NCBI GenBank assembly: GCA_030248215.1
Contig: JASANG010000727.1
Span: 186,001 to 250,000 of the forward strand
Source of the DNA: Enoplolaimus lenunculus
Lineage: Eukaryota
DNA: 64,000 nucleotides
Direction: 5' to 3'
Below the pieces are notes generated by a model. That model had not been told where the DNA came from and ran no database searches. It saw only the letters and a program-made list of their open reading frames with translations. The translations under genes and the position numbers were made by a program. Positions 47,071-60,000 of the stretch are shown piece after piece; position 1 is the stretch's first letter, and each line of letters starts with the position of its first letter.

Positions 47071-48262
47071 AGAAATTGTATTGGCCAAAAAATAAACAAG
47101 TATTGTAGATGGAAAAAATCAGAAACCGATTTGAGACCACAAAACAGACGTAGAAGGCTTGAAAGAAAAATTATTAGCAAACTAAAATTGACCAAACCAT
47201 GCTTATATTATATACGACCTCTGAAATTGAAACGGTCAAACGTGTGTGATGTTAATGAAATTGCAACTGACGATATGAGACATGACAGTTAAAATTTGTT
47301 TCTAATTTTAAATTACAAAAAATAAATAAATGCATATATGAGATTAAAATTTAAATTTTAATATATGCTGGCTTCACGGAAATTTTATCGAAAAAAACCG
47401 TTTTATAATGAGGGAAGTTTTCGTGGTTAATTTAGCAAAATTTTAATACAAAACAATCGGTTTGAGAAATTTTCAATTTAACGTTTTTAAAGCAAAAAGT
47501 GTATCCTGAACTGATGATGGCTTTCTTTTGTTAAGTCGTAAGACGAAACTTTTTTCCGTGTTTGTCAGCTTTTTTGCAATCTGCAAAAGTTTTTAAGTTT
47601 TGTCTTAAAATTGTTAACCATCGACTACTGTTAGCAATTGTAGATCAGATTGAAACATTTAACTAAAATTTCACGTTATATTTTCTAGATAGCCAGTCAT
47701 CAAAACTCAATTTTAATATACTTTCCACGACTTCTACTACCCTTTGACAGACAGCTGAGTTAGTTTTTGATAACCCAGTTTATGTGACATTAGCAAAAGT
47801 CAAGTTGTGACTATTATATGGATTGGTTTGTGTTTGATTGAATAAAATTCAAATATATCTCGCTTTATATTGTCTTTAGTGAAATTTAATTTGGTCAAAA
47901 TTGTTACTTTCAATAATTATATCCAAGAAGTTACGGTTTAATGTTTTTGGTTTGACATTTTGGTTTTCGTCTAGCATGTGACCTATATTATACGCTGGAA
48001 ACAGGATAGTTTATATTCGGAATTGCTTAGGGGTATGGTTAGGCTTAATATACCTACTCATAGAAAGACTGATTTTACTAGTAGGATAGGTCAAAAGTGT
48101 TGCCAACCAAATGTGGAAAGAACTGCAGCCGGGGACGGAGGTCAGCGTGTTTTGCCGGAGTCGGAGGTGAAACAGAATAATTGATGAAAATAATGCTGAA
48201 TTTATTAATGTACACTATGTTGTCCAAAATTTGTTATTATAGATAGTAAATTGTTCGCTTAA

Positions 48263-48525
48263 CCATTTCTCACATGAATATTTTCTATTTCCCCTGAGAC
48301 CTAGTATTATGCTAGGATTCGAACTCCAGTGACTGGAGTGGGATGCGTATACCATCACCACTCAGCTATAGGAGCTTGACGCTCGAGCCCGAGGGGGCTT
48401 TCGCGTCTTGTGCTGATTTAGTACGATGTATACGTGTTGCAATTGTTAAACACGGTGCGATATATACTATTTAACGCATCTACACTGCGCTGAGTCGCCT
48501 ACGGGCAACTCAATGTGAGAAAGGG
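48263..48525 (-). mobile_element. piggyBac-like MITE, inverted copy of 4210..4472
   Basis: TTAA|CCATTTCTCACAT...ATGTGAGAAAGGG|CTAA. Confidence 0.8.
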
Positions 48526-49557
48526 CTAAAATTGTTTTTGAGACGGCCTGGAGGCCGTCTCTATTAAAAGTGGTTGATGTTTCGGGGTGTAAATTTTACC
48601 AAATTTACAAAATGGAAAAATGATAATTCCAGCTTATTTAGTGAAGTTTTTGTCTTCTAGGGAAAAATTAAAGTTGTAAACAATTTGTTTCCAACAATAT
48701 GGAAAAAATTAAATTTTTTCGAGGGCTGGTTCATAAGTAACCCCCTAGAAAAAGCGTTATTTGCCCCCCCTGATATTGGAAAACCTATTTTTGATCTTGG
48801 AATGGCAAATTGTTCTTATAATTATTATCAATTTGGAGAAAAATTTGCATATTTATCGAAGATTGATGTCGCCAAAAATTTGTTATTGAAAATTGTTTCT
48901 TTTGATGTATTTCCGTGTGATGAAAGCGTATTTTATAAAATTATATTCTATATTTAGAAATAAATTTGGACATTTTTGAGACGGCCTAGGTGAGTTTTGA
49001 AGAATTCGCGAGCAGAGACAGAGAAGACCTACCCCGGTCAAGAACGTGTGTAACTCTGAAGCTTTGCACAATTTCAATTATCTTTAGTTTTGAGCTAATA
49101 AGGTCGGGAATTTGACTATGAAGTTATCCTGTGAACAGCACCGCAGGTAAAACTTTTCAAAAATTAAAAAATTAATAACTTTGCGAGCGAAGCGAGGACT
49201 GCAATAGAGTAAGCTTAAGCTTTAAGACTAATTTTTTCCTTAGCTTTGGCTTAGGTTTAGGATTATGCTTATTATTACGCTTAGGCTTGGGCTTAGGATT
49301 AGGCTTAGGAATATGCTTATAATATTGTTCCGCTCCGTTCTTTAATTGGCCAAAAGAAGACCCTGGTGAAATTCACTTTGCTCCCCTGTTTTCAGCAAAC
49401 CTATTTTTGATCTCTTCTGGTTTTAAGATTTGTCACATAGAAACGTAATTTGCATATATATTATATATTATGTATTATATAGGTTGAGATATTGTTGCTT
49501 GCACCCAGAATACCGCAGTGCGGAAAACTAATACTGCGTATTAAAAAGGAATACATC

Positions 49558-49628
49558 ATGGAATGATGGCCGACTGGATAGAGCGCTTGCATTTGTTGCC
49601 TGAGGTCGCAGGTTCGAAGCATGGGAAA
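49558..49628 (+). pseudogene. Decayed tRNA-like / SINE-head sequence
   Basis: GATGGCCGACTGGATAGAGCG (box A/D-arm-like) and GAGGTCGCAGGTTCGAAGC (box B/T-arm-like). Confidence 0.45.
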
Positions 49629-50095
49629 GCTTACATTTGTATCAGAAAAGTAATTTAAATTCGACTTAAATTCAATTTAAGTGTTGCAAAAGTCGTATGA
49701 GCAATTTAGGCCCTTTTTTCTTTTCCAACGAGTGAAATTTGGGGTAAACGTCCAATTTAATCCATTAAATGGGCAGAGAAGGTTTATTTAGGTTCTTGGA
49801 AAACCCAATTTAACTTTAATCTTGATGATTGACTATTTGTTTCTGGGGACAGTTAAATGTCATGATTATTTATTCTTGCTTCCAATATAGTAGATTTCGA
49901 TGAAGAGAAATTTGCTGAAGTGTTTTTTGAAGGTTTATAGACGGCCGAGTTCAACGGTTGTATGTTTAGGCTGCAGGGTATCTGGTTCAAAAGTTAACAC
50001 CTTTTAATTTTTTTGCCATAATTAACAATGATAGATAAACCGCAACCTAAATATGCACATCAAACAGGTGTTGCGGCCTATATTTTGCAAAAGTG

Positions 50096-50257
50096 GGCCC
50101 ATGCATAGAACAGGGCTAGAACTGTAGTATAAGCATATTCCTAAGCGTAATTCTAAGTTTAAAGCCTAAGCCTAAGCAATAAAGTTAGTCTAAAGCTTAA
50201 ACTTACTCTATTACAGTCCCGCAGGAAAACGTTCCGGCCCTGTTCTATGCATGGGCC
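50096..50257. mobile_element. Telomere-repeat MITE family A
   Basis: GGCCCATGCATAGAACAGGGC TIR at both ends. Confidence 0.85.
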
Positions 50258-50722
50258 ATGAAGTGTATAGATTGTATACCTTACAATCCGCACTGTTTGC
50301 ACAGTACTTTGCGGTTCATAACTTTCGAACCGTTTTAAAATTCATACTGGTAAAGTTATGACCAACTTGTCGAGAGCTATACAATAGAACCATGTTCGCT
50401 AAACTCTTAGGAGTTCATATTTCAACTTGTCCCCGTCTCCATTGCCGCTTTTAGGGGCTGCTTGTTAAGATATTTTCGGTTATATATGGTTTTCAGAATT
50501 ATCTCAAAATTTGAAACGAACTCACTAAATAGAAGATCTTACATAAAAATATGAATAGATTTACCGTCGTATTTTGGCGAAACCTGTAATCAACATTCTA
50601 CCGGATCCAAAACCGGATACCGATTTTCTGCTAGAGCCGAAACAGGAAGCAGAACTCCAGTTGCTGCATGGTCCAAACCATGTGTTTCGATTGCTTTAAT
50701 ATTCCCGCTATACTATTTGCTA

Positions 50723-51445
50723 CTGTAGTGACCCGAATAAGGACGGACATTTATTTGGCCTTTTCAGTAGGTAATCCCCAGTTATTTGGTTACGGACTGT
50801 TCTTTATTTCATACCTGCCCTACGCCACCAGGGTGCAACCAGAATTATAAACTATCGGAACCGGAACTGGAAAGTTAAAAAATACCGGAACCGGAATCGG
50901 CAAATAAAACTATTTGTTACCAAAAAATTCATTTTAAGCGCTATTTTATCGCTTTTAATGTTGTAAACACACCATTTAGAATGCCGAAATCCTGAAACAA
51001 ATACAGCAGGTGGAAACATATCATAAATTATAGCGTATGGCAATAATTAAAAATTTTGGCAATGCACGCTGGGACACTTTTAGAAAAATAAGTTAGAATA
51101 ATATGCTAATTTTTGTTAAATTTTCGAATGAGAAAAATTTTTCAATACCGAAAATACCGTCAAAATCCGGTCAAAAAATGCCGGATTTCTTACCGAAACC
51201 GGAATTCCAGTTGCACCATGTCCGCCACATTTCCTTACTGATATATCCGGTATTGCAACTATCCGTTGAATTAAACGTTTAAATTTTTCTTGTATCGATC
51301 AATAGCTTAACTATAATGCAATGTAATATATACTTAGGAATGTACACACAAAACTTATAAAGTTTCAAACTCAACTTTATTTGGTCCTGAAGTGCTTATG
51401 GGGACTCGTCCTCTTATTACAACCCTCTTATTCGGGTCACTACAG
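50723..51445. mobile_element. TA-TSD MITE family G interrupted by a hAT-like MITE
   Basis: TA|CTGTAGTGACCCGAATAAG...CTTATTCGGGTCACTACAG|TA. Confidence 0.85.
50829..51220. mobile_element. Nested hAT-like MITE
   Basis: CAGGGTGCAAC...GTTGCACCATG, 8-bp TSD tacgccac/tccgccac; site is single-copy in the sister element at ~57861. Confidence 0.85.
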
Positions 51446-51658
51446 TATAATACCCATGTTTACTGCGTGTAGGTGTTAATTTTCTAATTTTCTTCATACT
51501 CAAGTGTAACGTATTAGTTACCGTTGGTTCAATTCACAAAAGATAACTGATAATTTAGCAAAAATTTTATGAAAACCCAAATTTTCCTTTAAGCATTTTG
51601 TTTAACCTTTTGCAAAACAACATTAACCTAAACCATGAGTTCGAAACACGAGCATATA

Positions 51659-52048
51659 CAGTAGCGACACCGAATATGAGGGGGAGTAATAAGAGGGGTC
51701 CCCATTTTGAGTCTCAATCAATAGGAGTCCTTATCCCTAATAAGAGTCCGTAAGCAGATAGAGTCCCTAAACCCTAATTTGAGTCCATAAATGTCAATTA
51801 ACCCTAATTGTAGCGCATAAATGACTCCAGGACCAAATAATTTGAGTTCAAAACTTTAAAGCTACTTAATTTTTGAAAGTACATTCCTAAGTGTAACCTG
51901 TAATTGCAGTACCGGATATATATCAGTAACGAAGGGCGGCGGAGCTTGGGTTAAAAATAAATAACAGTCCGTAACCGAATAACAAGGGGGGTACCCTCTG
52001 GGGAGGCCAAATAAATATCAGTCTTCCCTCTTATTTCGGTCACTACAG
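51659..52048. mobile_element. TA-TSD MITE family G
   Basis: Aligns with 43700..44090. Confidence 0.8.
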
Positions 52049-53043
52049 TACAAGTTTGCTTGTTAGTACAGTGGAGGGCCACCCCAGGCACGCGGGCCTT
52101 GGCCCGGGCCAGTTCCGGCCCTGAGGTAGGTTGCAGTCCTGTAGACAGGTCACCATGCTAGGAGGGAGGGAGCTGAAAAATTTTCATGAAGGGCATACAA
52201 TGGTTTTCGTTGACTTACAGGAAAGGTTGAAAATTGTCTAGGGGGCCAAAATTGTTTCCGGAGGGCTCAACTTCTCTTGTCCCCCCACCTTGGCTACGGG
52301 CCCACCTGGGCGCCCTCTATAGATCCGCCAGGATTCGTCTCGATTCTACCAGCAGCGGAACTATATGCGAACCGACTTCATTGTGTATATATCGTAGAGT
52401 TGACTAAATAAAGTTTCATAACTTTTTTGACAATATTTCTTTCATACACTGTGTACAAACAAAACTTTCAATTTCAGCTCCAATTAACATAGCGAATTTT
52501 TGCTGTAACCCTGTAAAACTTAAAATTATTTAGCTTACACCAACAAATTTTCACGCCATATTTCAAATGATTTATAGCCGCACAGATCAAATGAAGACAT
52601 TTTGAGTAGTTTTTGGATATTAAAACCGCAGAAAAAAATTGCTAAAATTGCAAAAATTTCTTAAAATTTAATGTTTTACGAAAAACAACACCAAAACGAG
52701 CAATTATAACCTTACGAACTATACATCTCAATACGCGTAGCTGTGAAAACACACACTGATATTGTTTTAATTGCAAAATTGCACTTGAAAACTGCGTTTA
52801 GCGACCAGTAGTTTGGGTTTTGCAGACCATTACTGCTGTTTGTACAACATTAATTTACAGTCTACATTATATTAACCTTCTGATTGGTTTAGACGAAAAA
52901 TGCATCGTGAAAGCTGTTTCAAGTATTCTTAAAATTTGCTAATTTTTAGATCTTTGAGCGTATATGTCAATCATGATAATTAACCAGCCAATGTTTTCAA
53001 AATTATTAATGTTTATGCTTAATAAATTGAGTTTATCAAATAA

Positions 53044-53430
53044 ATTGCTTCTGTTAGTGTTGCTGGATGATATCGTTGAAGGGGTCACCCCCCATTGATT
53101 GCTTCTATTGGTGACGCTGGATGATATCGTGAAAGGGGTCACCCCCCATTGATTGCTTCTATTGGTGACCCTGGATGATATTGTTGAAGGGGTCACCCCC
53201 CCATTGATTGCTTCTATTGGTGACCCAGGATGATATCGTTGAAGGAGTCACCCCCCATTGATTGCTTTTATTGGTGACCCTGGATGATATCGTTGAAGGG
53301 GTCACCCCCATTGATTGCTTCTTTTGGTGACCCTGGATGATATCGTTGAAGGGGTCACCCCCATTGATTGCTTCTTTTGGTGACGTTGGATGATATCGCT
53401 GAAGGGGTCACACCAAACTATTATTGGTGA
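53044..53430. repeat. 54-bp minisatellite (~7 units) upstream of cuticlin C
   Basis: GGATGATAT at 53065, 53119, 53173...; internal GGTGACCC/GGGTCACC inverted pair. Confidence 0.9.
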
Positions 53431-53662
53431 TTAATGAGTTTACGACAATAATGGTTATGTTTTTAGCAATTTAATTTTAATTACAAGGTGAGAGATGAAA
53501 CCAAATAGTTTTTTTATAATTTTTGTAAAAAAATGTCACCGATCAACAAATATTAACATTTTTTATATTTATAAAAATTGCTTAAATTTATAGCGGCCAC
53601 CAACGGCAGAGTTGAAAAAAACAGCGTAAACGAGAACATAAAAACCCAGGGTCGCGATATAT

Positions 53663-53703
53663 TATAAAAGGCACTAAGCGTTTAAGTCAGAGCATATTCA
53701 GTG
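53663..53703 (+). promoter_or_regulatory. Candidate TATA box + initiator of cuticlin C
   Basis: TATAAAA 53663-53669 followed ~30 nt later by TTCAGTG, ~140 nt upstream of the ATG. Confidence 0.5.
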
Positions 53704-53843
53704 TTTGCCTTCTAGCAACTGCAACAACGCGTTGAATTTGATTCAAATTCACTGTTTACTTGCAGTAGTCTGTTAAAATAGATTGGCTTAAAATTGCCAA
53801 TTGCTTGCACGATTTTTTAAGCTACGATTCGCGTTTTGTCAAA

Positions 53844-54032
53844 ATGCAATTAATTGCGATATTAGCAATTTTTGTAGCGCATTTTTGCGTTCATTTGCAA
53901 GCAATTCCTGTCGATAACGGTGTCGAAGGAGATCCTGAAGTACAGTGCGGTGCGTCCGACATTACTGTCAGTTTCAATACACGGAATCCGTTTGAAGGAC
54001 ACGTTTATGTTAAAGGATTTTATGCTGAAGAA
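53844..54032 (+). CDS. cut-1: Cuticlin C exon 1
   Basis: aaaATG context; ends GFYAEE, donor GTAAAC. Confidence 0.92.
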
Positions 54033-57000
54033 GTAAACGCTTTTGGTTATATAATCGGAGTCACAATACCCTATGCTAGCTGGAGCATGTGAAATTTTTG
54101 AAGCCAAATAAGTCTATGCCTCTGGCGGATCACAGGGAAAACCGCAACACATAGACCGTTCGCCTCCTCAACAGGGATTAAAACCAAAATTTTCTATTTA
54201 GCGCAAAAATGGGAATTTGCTTCTGGCTCGTTGTACCAGTTCATTTACCAAAAATCACTCACCCTCTTCTAACAGAAATCTCTGGATCCGACACTGGAGA
54301 ATCCTTGGTAAATGAGTAGAAAACAAATTTTTTAGGCCGTGTGCTGGACGCACACTTCCTATAGTCTATAGCCACACCGTTTTAAAGACGCTAATTCACT
54401 TCTGAACATTATTCGTCATTCTATAGTATCAGTTTTTATAGCAGAGCTTGTTAAACTAACGTGAGTCCCTAATATAAACTTGTCGATTTCATAGGAGAGA
54501 GGAGAGAATTTTATTTTGGACCAATTTTTGGCCAATGTTACTTAAATGGGCGTAACAGTAGATTAAGCGTATTCCTAAGCCTAAGCCTAAGCGTTGCAAA
54601 AATGAGTTCCTAAGCCTAAGCCTACGCCTAAGCGTTACAAAAATGAGTTCCTAAGCCTAAGCCTAAGCCTAAGCTAAGCGTTGCAAAAATGAGTTCCTAA
54701 GCCTAAGCGTTGCAAAAAATTAGTTCCTGAGCCTAAGCCTACGCCTAAGCGTTACAAAAATGAGTTCCTAAGCCTAAGCCTAAGCCTAAGCGTTGCAAAA
54801 ATGAGTTCCTAAGCCTAAGCCTAAGCGTTGCAAAAATGAGTTCCTAAGCCTAAGCCTAAGCGTTGCAAAAATGAGTTCCTAAGCCTAAGCCTAAGCCTAA
54901 GCAAAAAATGTAATCCAGAATCTAAACCTACTCTTTTATTGACCCACCCGAAACCTGGACGCCCCTTAAAGTAACATGGGCCAAATTTTTTAAGGGATGT
55001 CGTCAATCAGGTCAATCCAGCATAACACTACCATTTGACAGCTGTAATGTTCAACGTATTCGGTCGCTGGAACCACGTGGTGTTTTTATCCGAACAACAT
55101 TGATTATTCAGTTTCATCCGATGTTTGTAACCAAAGTGAGTGATGAGTATGGATGTCGGTAAATGATTGGGTCGTAGTGTACAAGTAGGAATCTGGTGGA
55201 TAACAATTTAAATAAGCTACTATTGCTGGAAATTTGCTATTTTATATTCATTATAAAAAAGTATAGTTACTTATGCATCGTTCACAATAAAGAATTTCGT
55301 TGTGTCACCTTAAACAGTATAAGGTATGGTTAACACGTGTCAAATTTCAAAATTCTCAAGCGTGTACCTTACCATAACGCGTGTTGCAAAATGCTCTTTG
55401 ACACGTATTGGGATAGGGCTGTGACAGTGTACTAAAGTAGGATTAACGCATGACAAGTTTGAAAATTGACACGTGTTAACCGTACTATATGTTGTTTTCG
55501 ATGGCAAAATGAAATTTTTATTGTGAACGATGCATAATATAGAAATTATTTCTGGACGCAAGGGAACTACAGCTCCACTCTCGTGCCCATACCTGCCAGT
55601 GCCCTTGGTTTTGACAATGTTAGAGCGAATAGATTAACAGTTAAGATAGAGTAAACGGCACATGTATAGAACAGGGCCGGAACAGTAGTATAAGCATATT
55701 CCTAAGCCTAAGCCTAAGCCTAAGCCTAAGCGTATGAATGAGCCTATTTCTAAGCCTAAGCTTAAGCCTAAGCAAAAAAAAATTAGTCTAAAGCTTAAAC
55801 TGACTCTATTATAGCCCCTCCGGAAAACAATGCGGCCCTGTTCTATACATGAGCCGAGTAAATCTTAGAACTGGCTCCAGCCAAGCACTCAAAGATTAAA
55901 TATATAAATTTGCGAGCCTAAGATTTAATGAGATACTGCGATACGACGTTACAGGGAATGCTGACAATTGTTTGTTTGTTTGTTTGTTTGTTTGTTTGGG
56001 TTGTTTATTTGTTTGTTTATTGTTTGTTTGTTTGTTTGTTTGTTTGTTTGTTTGGGTTGATTATTTGTTTGTTTGTTTGTTTCTTCGTTTGTTTGTTTGT
56101 TTGTTTTCAAGGTCAAGCTTTGTGATAAACGTTTCCCACAACAATTTTCTAATAAAATCGTGCGAGTTAAACGGCGAAATGTAAATAAAACAACAAATAT
56201 TTTAATATTATAACCTAAGCCAAAAGTTCACACTATGGCACGTATTATAAAATATGTTTAGTACCTGTCAGTAGCTGGCAGTACATCGTGTAACTTTTCA
56301 ATTATTGATTGGTGAGGTTTGAAATTCAGCACATTTTTGCATATAATTTACCATATTACCGTACCAATTTTGAAATCCGTAATTGAAGGAGTTCATTAGT
56401 TTAAATACTTTCCGCTAAACATGTAATCGATCCATACACAGCTTTTGAATGCGGGAGAGAAAAACTTCTTGTAATCGGGTTAAAGGTACAGAGCCACACC
56501 TACGATCAACACAAATCAGACAGCAGTATTGTTTTTCGCATAGCAGGTATGGTCCATGTTACTTTAAGGGGCGTCCAGGTTTCTGGTGGGTCTATAAAAG
56601 ACTAGGATTAGATTCTAGATTACATTTTTTGTTTAGGCTTAGACTTATAGGCTTACGCTATGCAACTCATTTGTGCAACCTTTAGGCTTAGACTTAGGCT
56701 TAGGAATACGCTTAATCTACTGTTACGCCCATTAAAGTAACATTGGCCGCAAGTATCTCGCGGGTAAACCAATACAAACTTGTACTTGAATTTGGAAAAA
56801 TTTGTGTTTGAAAAAAATGGATTTTTCTTGAAATTATGGTTCTAAAACCAGGTTGATCAAGCCATCGCATTCCAATGCTTTTTTATGGAAGCCGACAAAA
56901 CAGTCAGTCAAGATTTAGAAGTTTCACCGTTGACCACAGCGTTGTTTACCGCAAATGTCCCGATGCCAGTGTGTCGCTATGATATCTTGGATTCACCGAA

Positions 57001-60000
57001 TGGAAATCCAGTCAAGTAAAAAGTTTTATTGAGTTCGCTAAACAAATTGTTAAATTTAACAGTTTTTGAAAATCATTTTGTTTCTAATTTTTCGATTTTT
57101 AATAATTTTTGAATATTTTGTCATAATTGTGAAATTTGAACACGCGTATACTTAATAGTCTGTTTTGTTTGTGATAAAAAACATGACCCATGTATTGAAC
57201 ACGGCCGGATCGTTTTTCGAAGATTCTATAATAGAGTGAGTTTAAGCTTTAGAATATTTTTTTGCGGCTTAGGCTTAGGCTTAGGCTTAGGAATAGGCTT
57301 ATCCATACGCTTAGGCTTAGGCTTAGGAATATGCTTATACTACTGTTCCGGCCCTGTTCTATACATGGGGCCAAAAGCAGTAACTTAATATAACAGTAAA
57401 TAAGTATAGTTCAACGTTCATCAGCTTATAACTTAATACAACCTTGGAAACAATAAATCGGTCCGAATTTGTTTTAGCGAATACTTAAAGTATATGATCA
57501 TCCTTTTAAGTTAGGTTTTAAAAAACCGAACCCTGATCACAGGCTGGTAGCCAGAGGGAGGCCAGGAAGGGCTCACGGGACTGCCTTTCTAAAGGAAAAA
57601 TGAATTTTAGATATGTTTTGGTTGGTCAATCTGTGTACCACAAGTGGAATTGCATCACAGACACAACTGATACGTTTTGTATGACTGTGCATTCTTGCAC
57701 TGTAGACGACGGAGCTGTAAGTTTGCTTTTAATGTTTGCATTTTAGCACGTTACTGTAGCGATCCGAATAAAAGGGGGGACTGATATTTATTTGGCCTCT
57801 GCTGAGGGTACCCCCCCCTTGTTATTCGGTTACGGAATGTTATTTATTTTTAACCAGCCCTCCGCCACCCTTCCTTACTGATATATATCCGGTATTGCAA
57901 CTATTTGTTGAATTAAACGTTTTTTGCCTTGCATCAAAAGTTTGAGCGATTATGCAAAGGATATACTTTGCAATGTTGCTTTCAAAACTTAAGTGTACTT
58001 CAAAATATCGAACTCAAGATTGTTTGGTCCACTAGCAAGGGACTCTATCCGCTTAATTAATGATACGTATTCCTATTGATTAGGACTCAAAATGGGGACC
58101 CCCACCTCTTGTTACCCCACCACTCTTATTCGGGTCATTACAGTAATGTCTTAAATAAATAGGCTAATGTAAAAGAACGAGGGCGGAACAGTATTATAAG
58201 CATATTTCTAAGCATAAGCTTAATGTTTGAGCTAATTAAGTTTTTCACTATGCGGTGTTAAAGGGGCGGTGTCCTTTCCGCATTGCAATATTTAATATAA
58301 GTAGCGGACGGGGGGAGTGGTGTGCATCTCCCCTATGGGCCAGCTTTGCTAAAAATTTGGCGGTACAAATAGTAAGACTGAACCTCACAGTGGGTTTAAC
58401 AGGCGAACCAGAGAAAAATATGACGCGGTTGGTAGCAAGAATTCAAAATCGTTGCGCCTTTGGCTTAAAATTGAACAATGTTGCTGATTCCGTCACTGCT
58501 TAATATCCGTGTTTGGGTTGCTGGCAGTCTTGGCACTGGTCGTGGGCTAGTTGCTTTACATAGACGGCATTAATTTTTTTTATTTCAACGTCTCTAGCAG
58601 CATAGTTAACCAAACTTGGATGATATACAGTTTTTAATTGTGACCATGACACTCAAAAATTGTCAATTCACATCACCTCCGGACCTCTGACGTCTTTTTT
58701 ATGTCAGAATTGTTAACGTCGGATTTGGGTTTTGGTTTCCGGTAAAATAACCAGTGTACGATCGTTTGAAATAGGTAAACTGCATAAGTTTATCAACTAG
58801 CATTGCAAAAGACCTGGGTAGTCAGCCCTTGTAAGCAATTAAATGCCAATACGTTTTCAAAACGTAGAAATGAGCAGATTACCAAATTTATACTTGAAAG
58901 CTCTAGTTTAAACCACGAGTTAGAAAGTTGTTTTTCGGAAGTGGTAAATCTTACGTTTTCACATAAGTTTAATCTTTACACTAAACTGTTCATAGTAGCA
59001 ATAGTTAACTAAAATAGTTAAATTTTTAAGCTTTTATTCGTTATTTGCATTTTACAGGGTGACAGTGTTGATTTGTTGAACGAAGAAGGCTGCGCTATTG
59101 ACAAATATTTACTTCGAAACTTGGAATATCTGACAGATCTGATGGCCGGCCAAGAGACTCACGTTTTCAAATTCGCTGATCGTAACCAACTGTACTTTCA
59201 TTGTCAAATTGCAATTACCATCAAGGTAAATTTGATAAGGCAGCGAAAATTTAAAGTTATTCATAATTCTTACAATTAATTTTTTATTTACATTCAGGTT
59301 ACTTAGCTAAACAAAATACTTTTCGACACGTAATATACTTAATTCTTCAACTTATTGGACAATGTTGCTTTTACGGCCGTAACAGTATATTAAGCGTATT
59401 TCTAAACCTACGCCTAAGCCTATTGGATAATGTTACTTTTAGGGCCGTAACAGTAGATTAAACGTATTTCTAACAATGTAAACCTGCCTATTTACAAATT
59501 CACCAGAAACCGGGACGGCCCTAAAAGTATTAACATGGACCAACTCATTAATGCCAACATTAAGATTTCAAATGGAAAGCTAAATAAAATTCAAATGGTT
59601 ACAATTGTTTCCGCTTCTAAAACAAGCAAAAATAGATATATTTCAAACGCTAAAGCTATTAATTCTATGCAAAATTTCAACATAAAAACCGTTCAACTTT
59701 GTGCATATCACACTTGCAAAAAATTAAAAACGCCGCCGATTCAATATTCAACATATAAATTTATAAATTTTAACTTAAACTAAACTCTACAGAATGGCAT
59801 AAATTTATCAATTTTAGCTGGATCGTGCATTTTTACAACTCAGCATATGTTTCAGGAGCCAGGTGAAGAATGTCCAGTGCCGCAGTGTCCCGCATTGCGT
59901 CGAGCCCGTGTCCAACGATCACCGCAACAGCTTTCGATTCCTGCAGAGCGTATGATTGGAACAGTAGACGTTTGTTCAACCATTGATGCCCTGGGCCTTA

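Noticed and set aside
47511..47550. Hammerhead ribozyme (CTGATGA...GAAAC); also CTGATGA at ~7730, ~17515, ~26518
   Set aside because: Stem II does not close directly onto GAAA, and stems I/III could not be formed
53805..53843. TTG-start N-terminal extension of cuticlin C from the ORF track
   Set aside because: ATG 53844 gives a signal peptide aligned with A/B; the TTG start is a prokaryotic-style ORF-caller artefact
54570..54905. True telomere or chromosome-fusion site
   Set aside because: Hexamer runs are short, interrupted, and enclosed by TIRs and a TSD inside an intron
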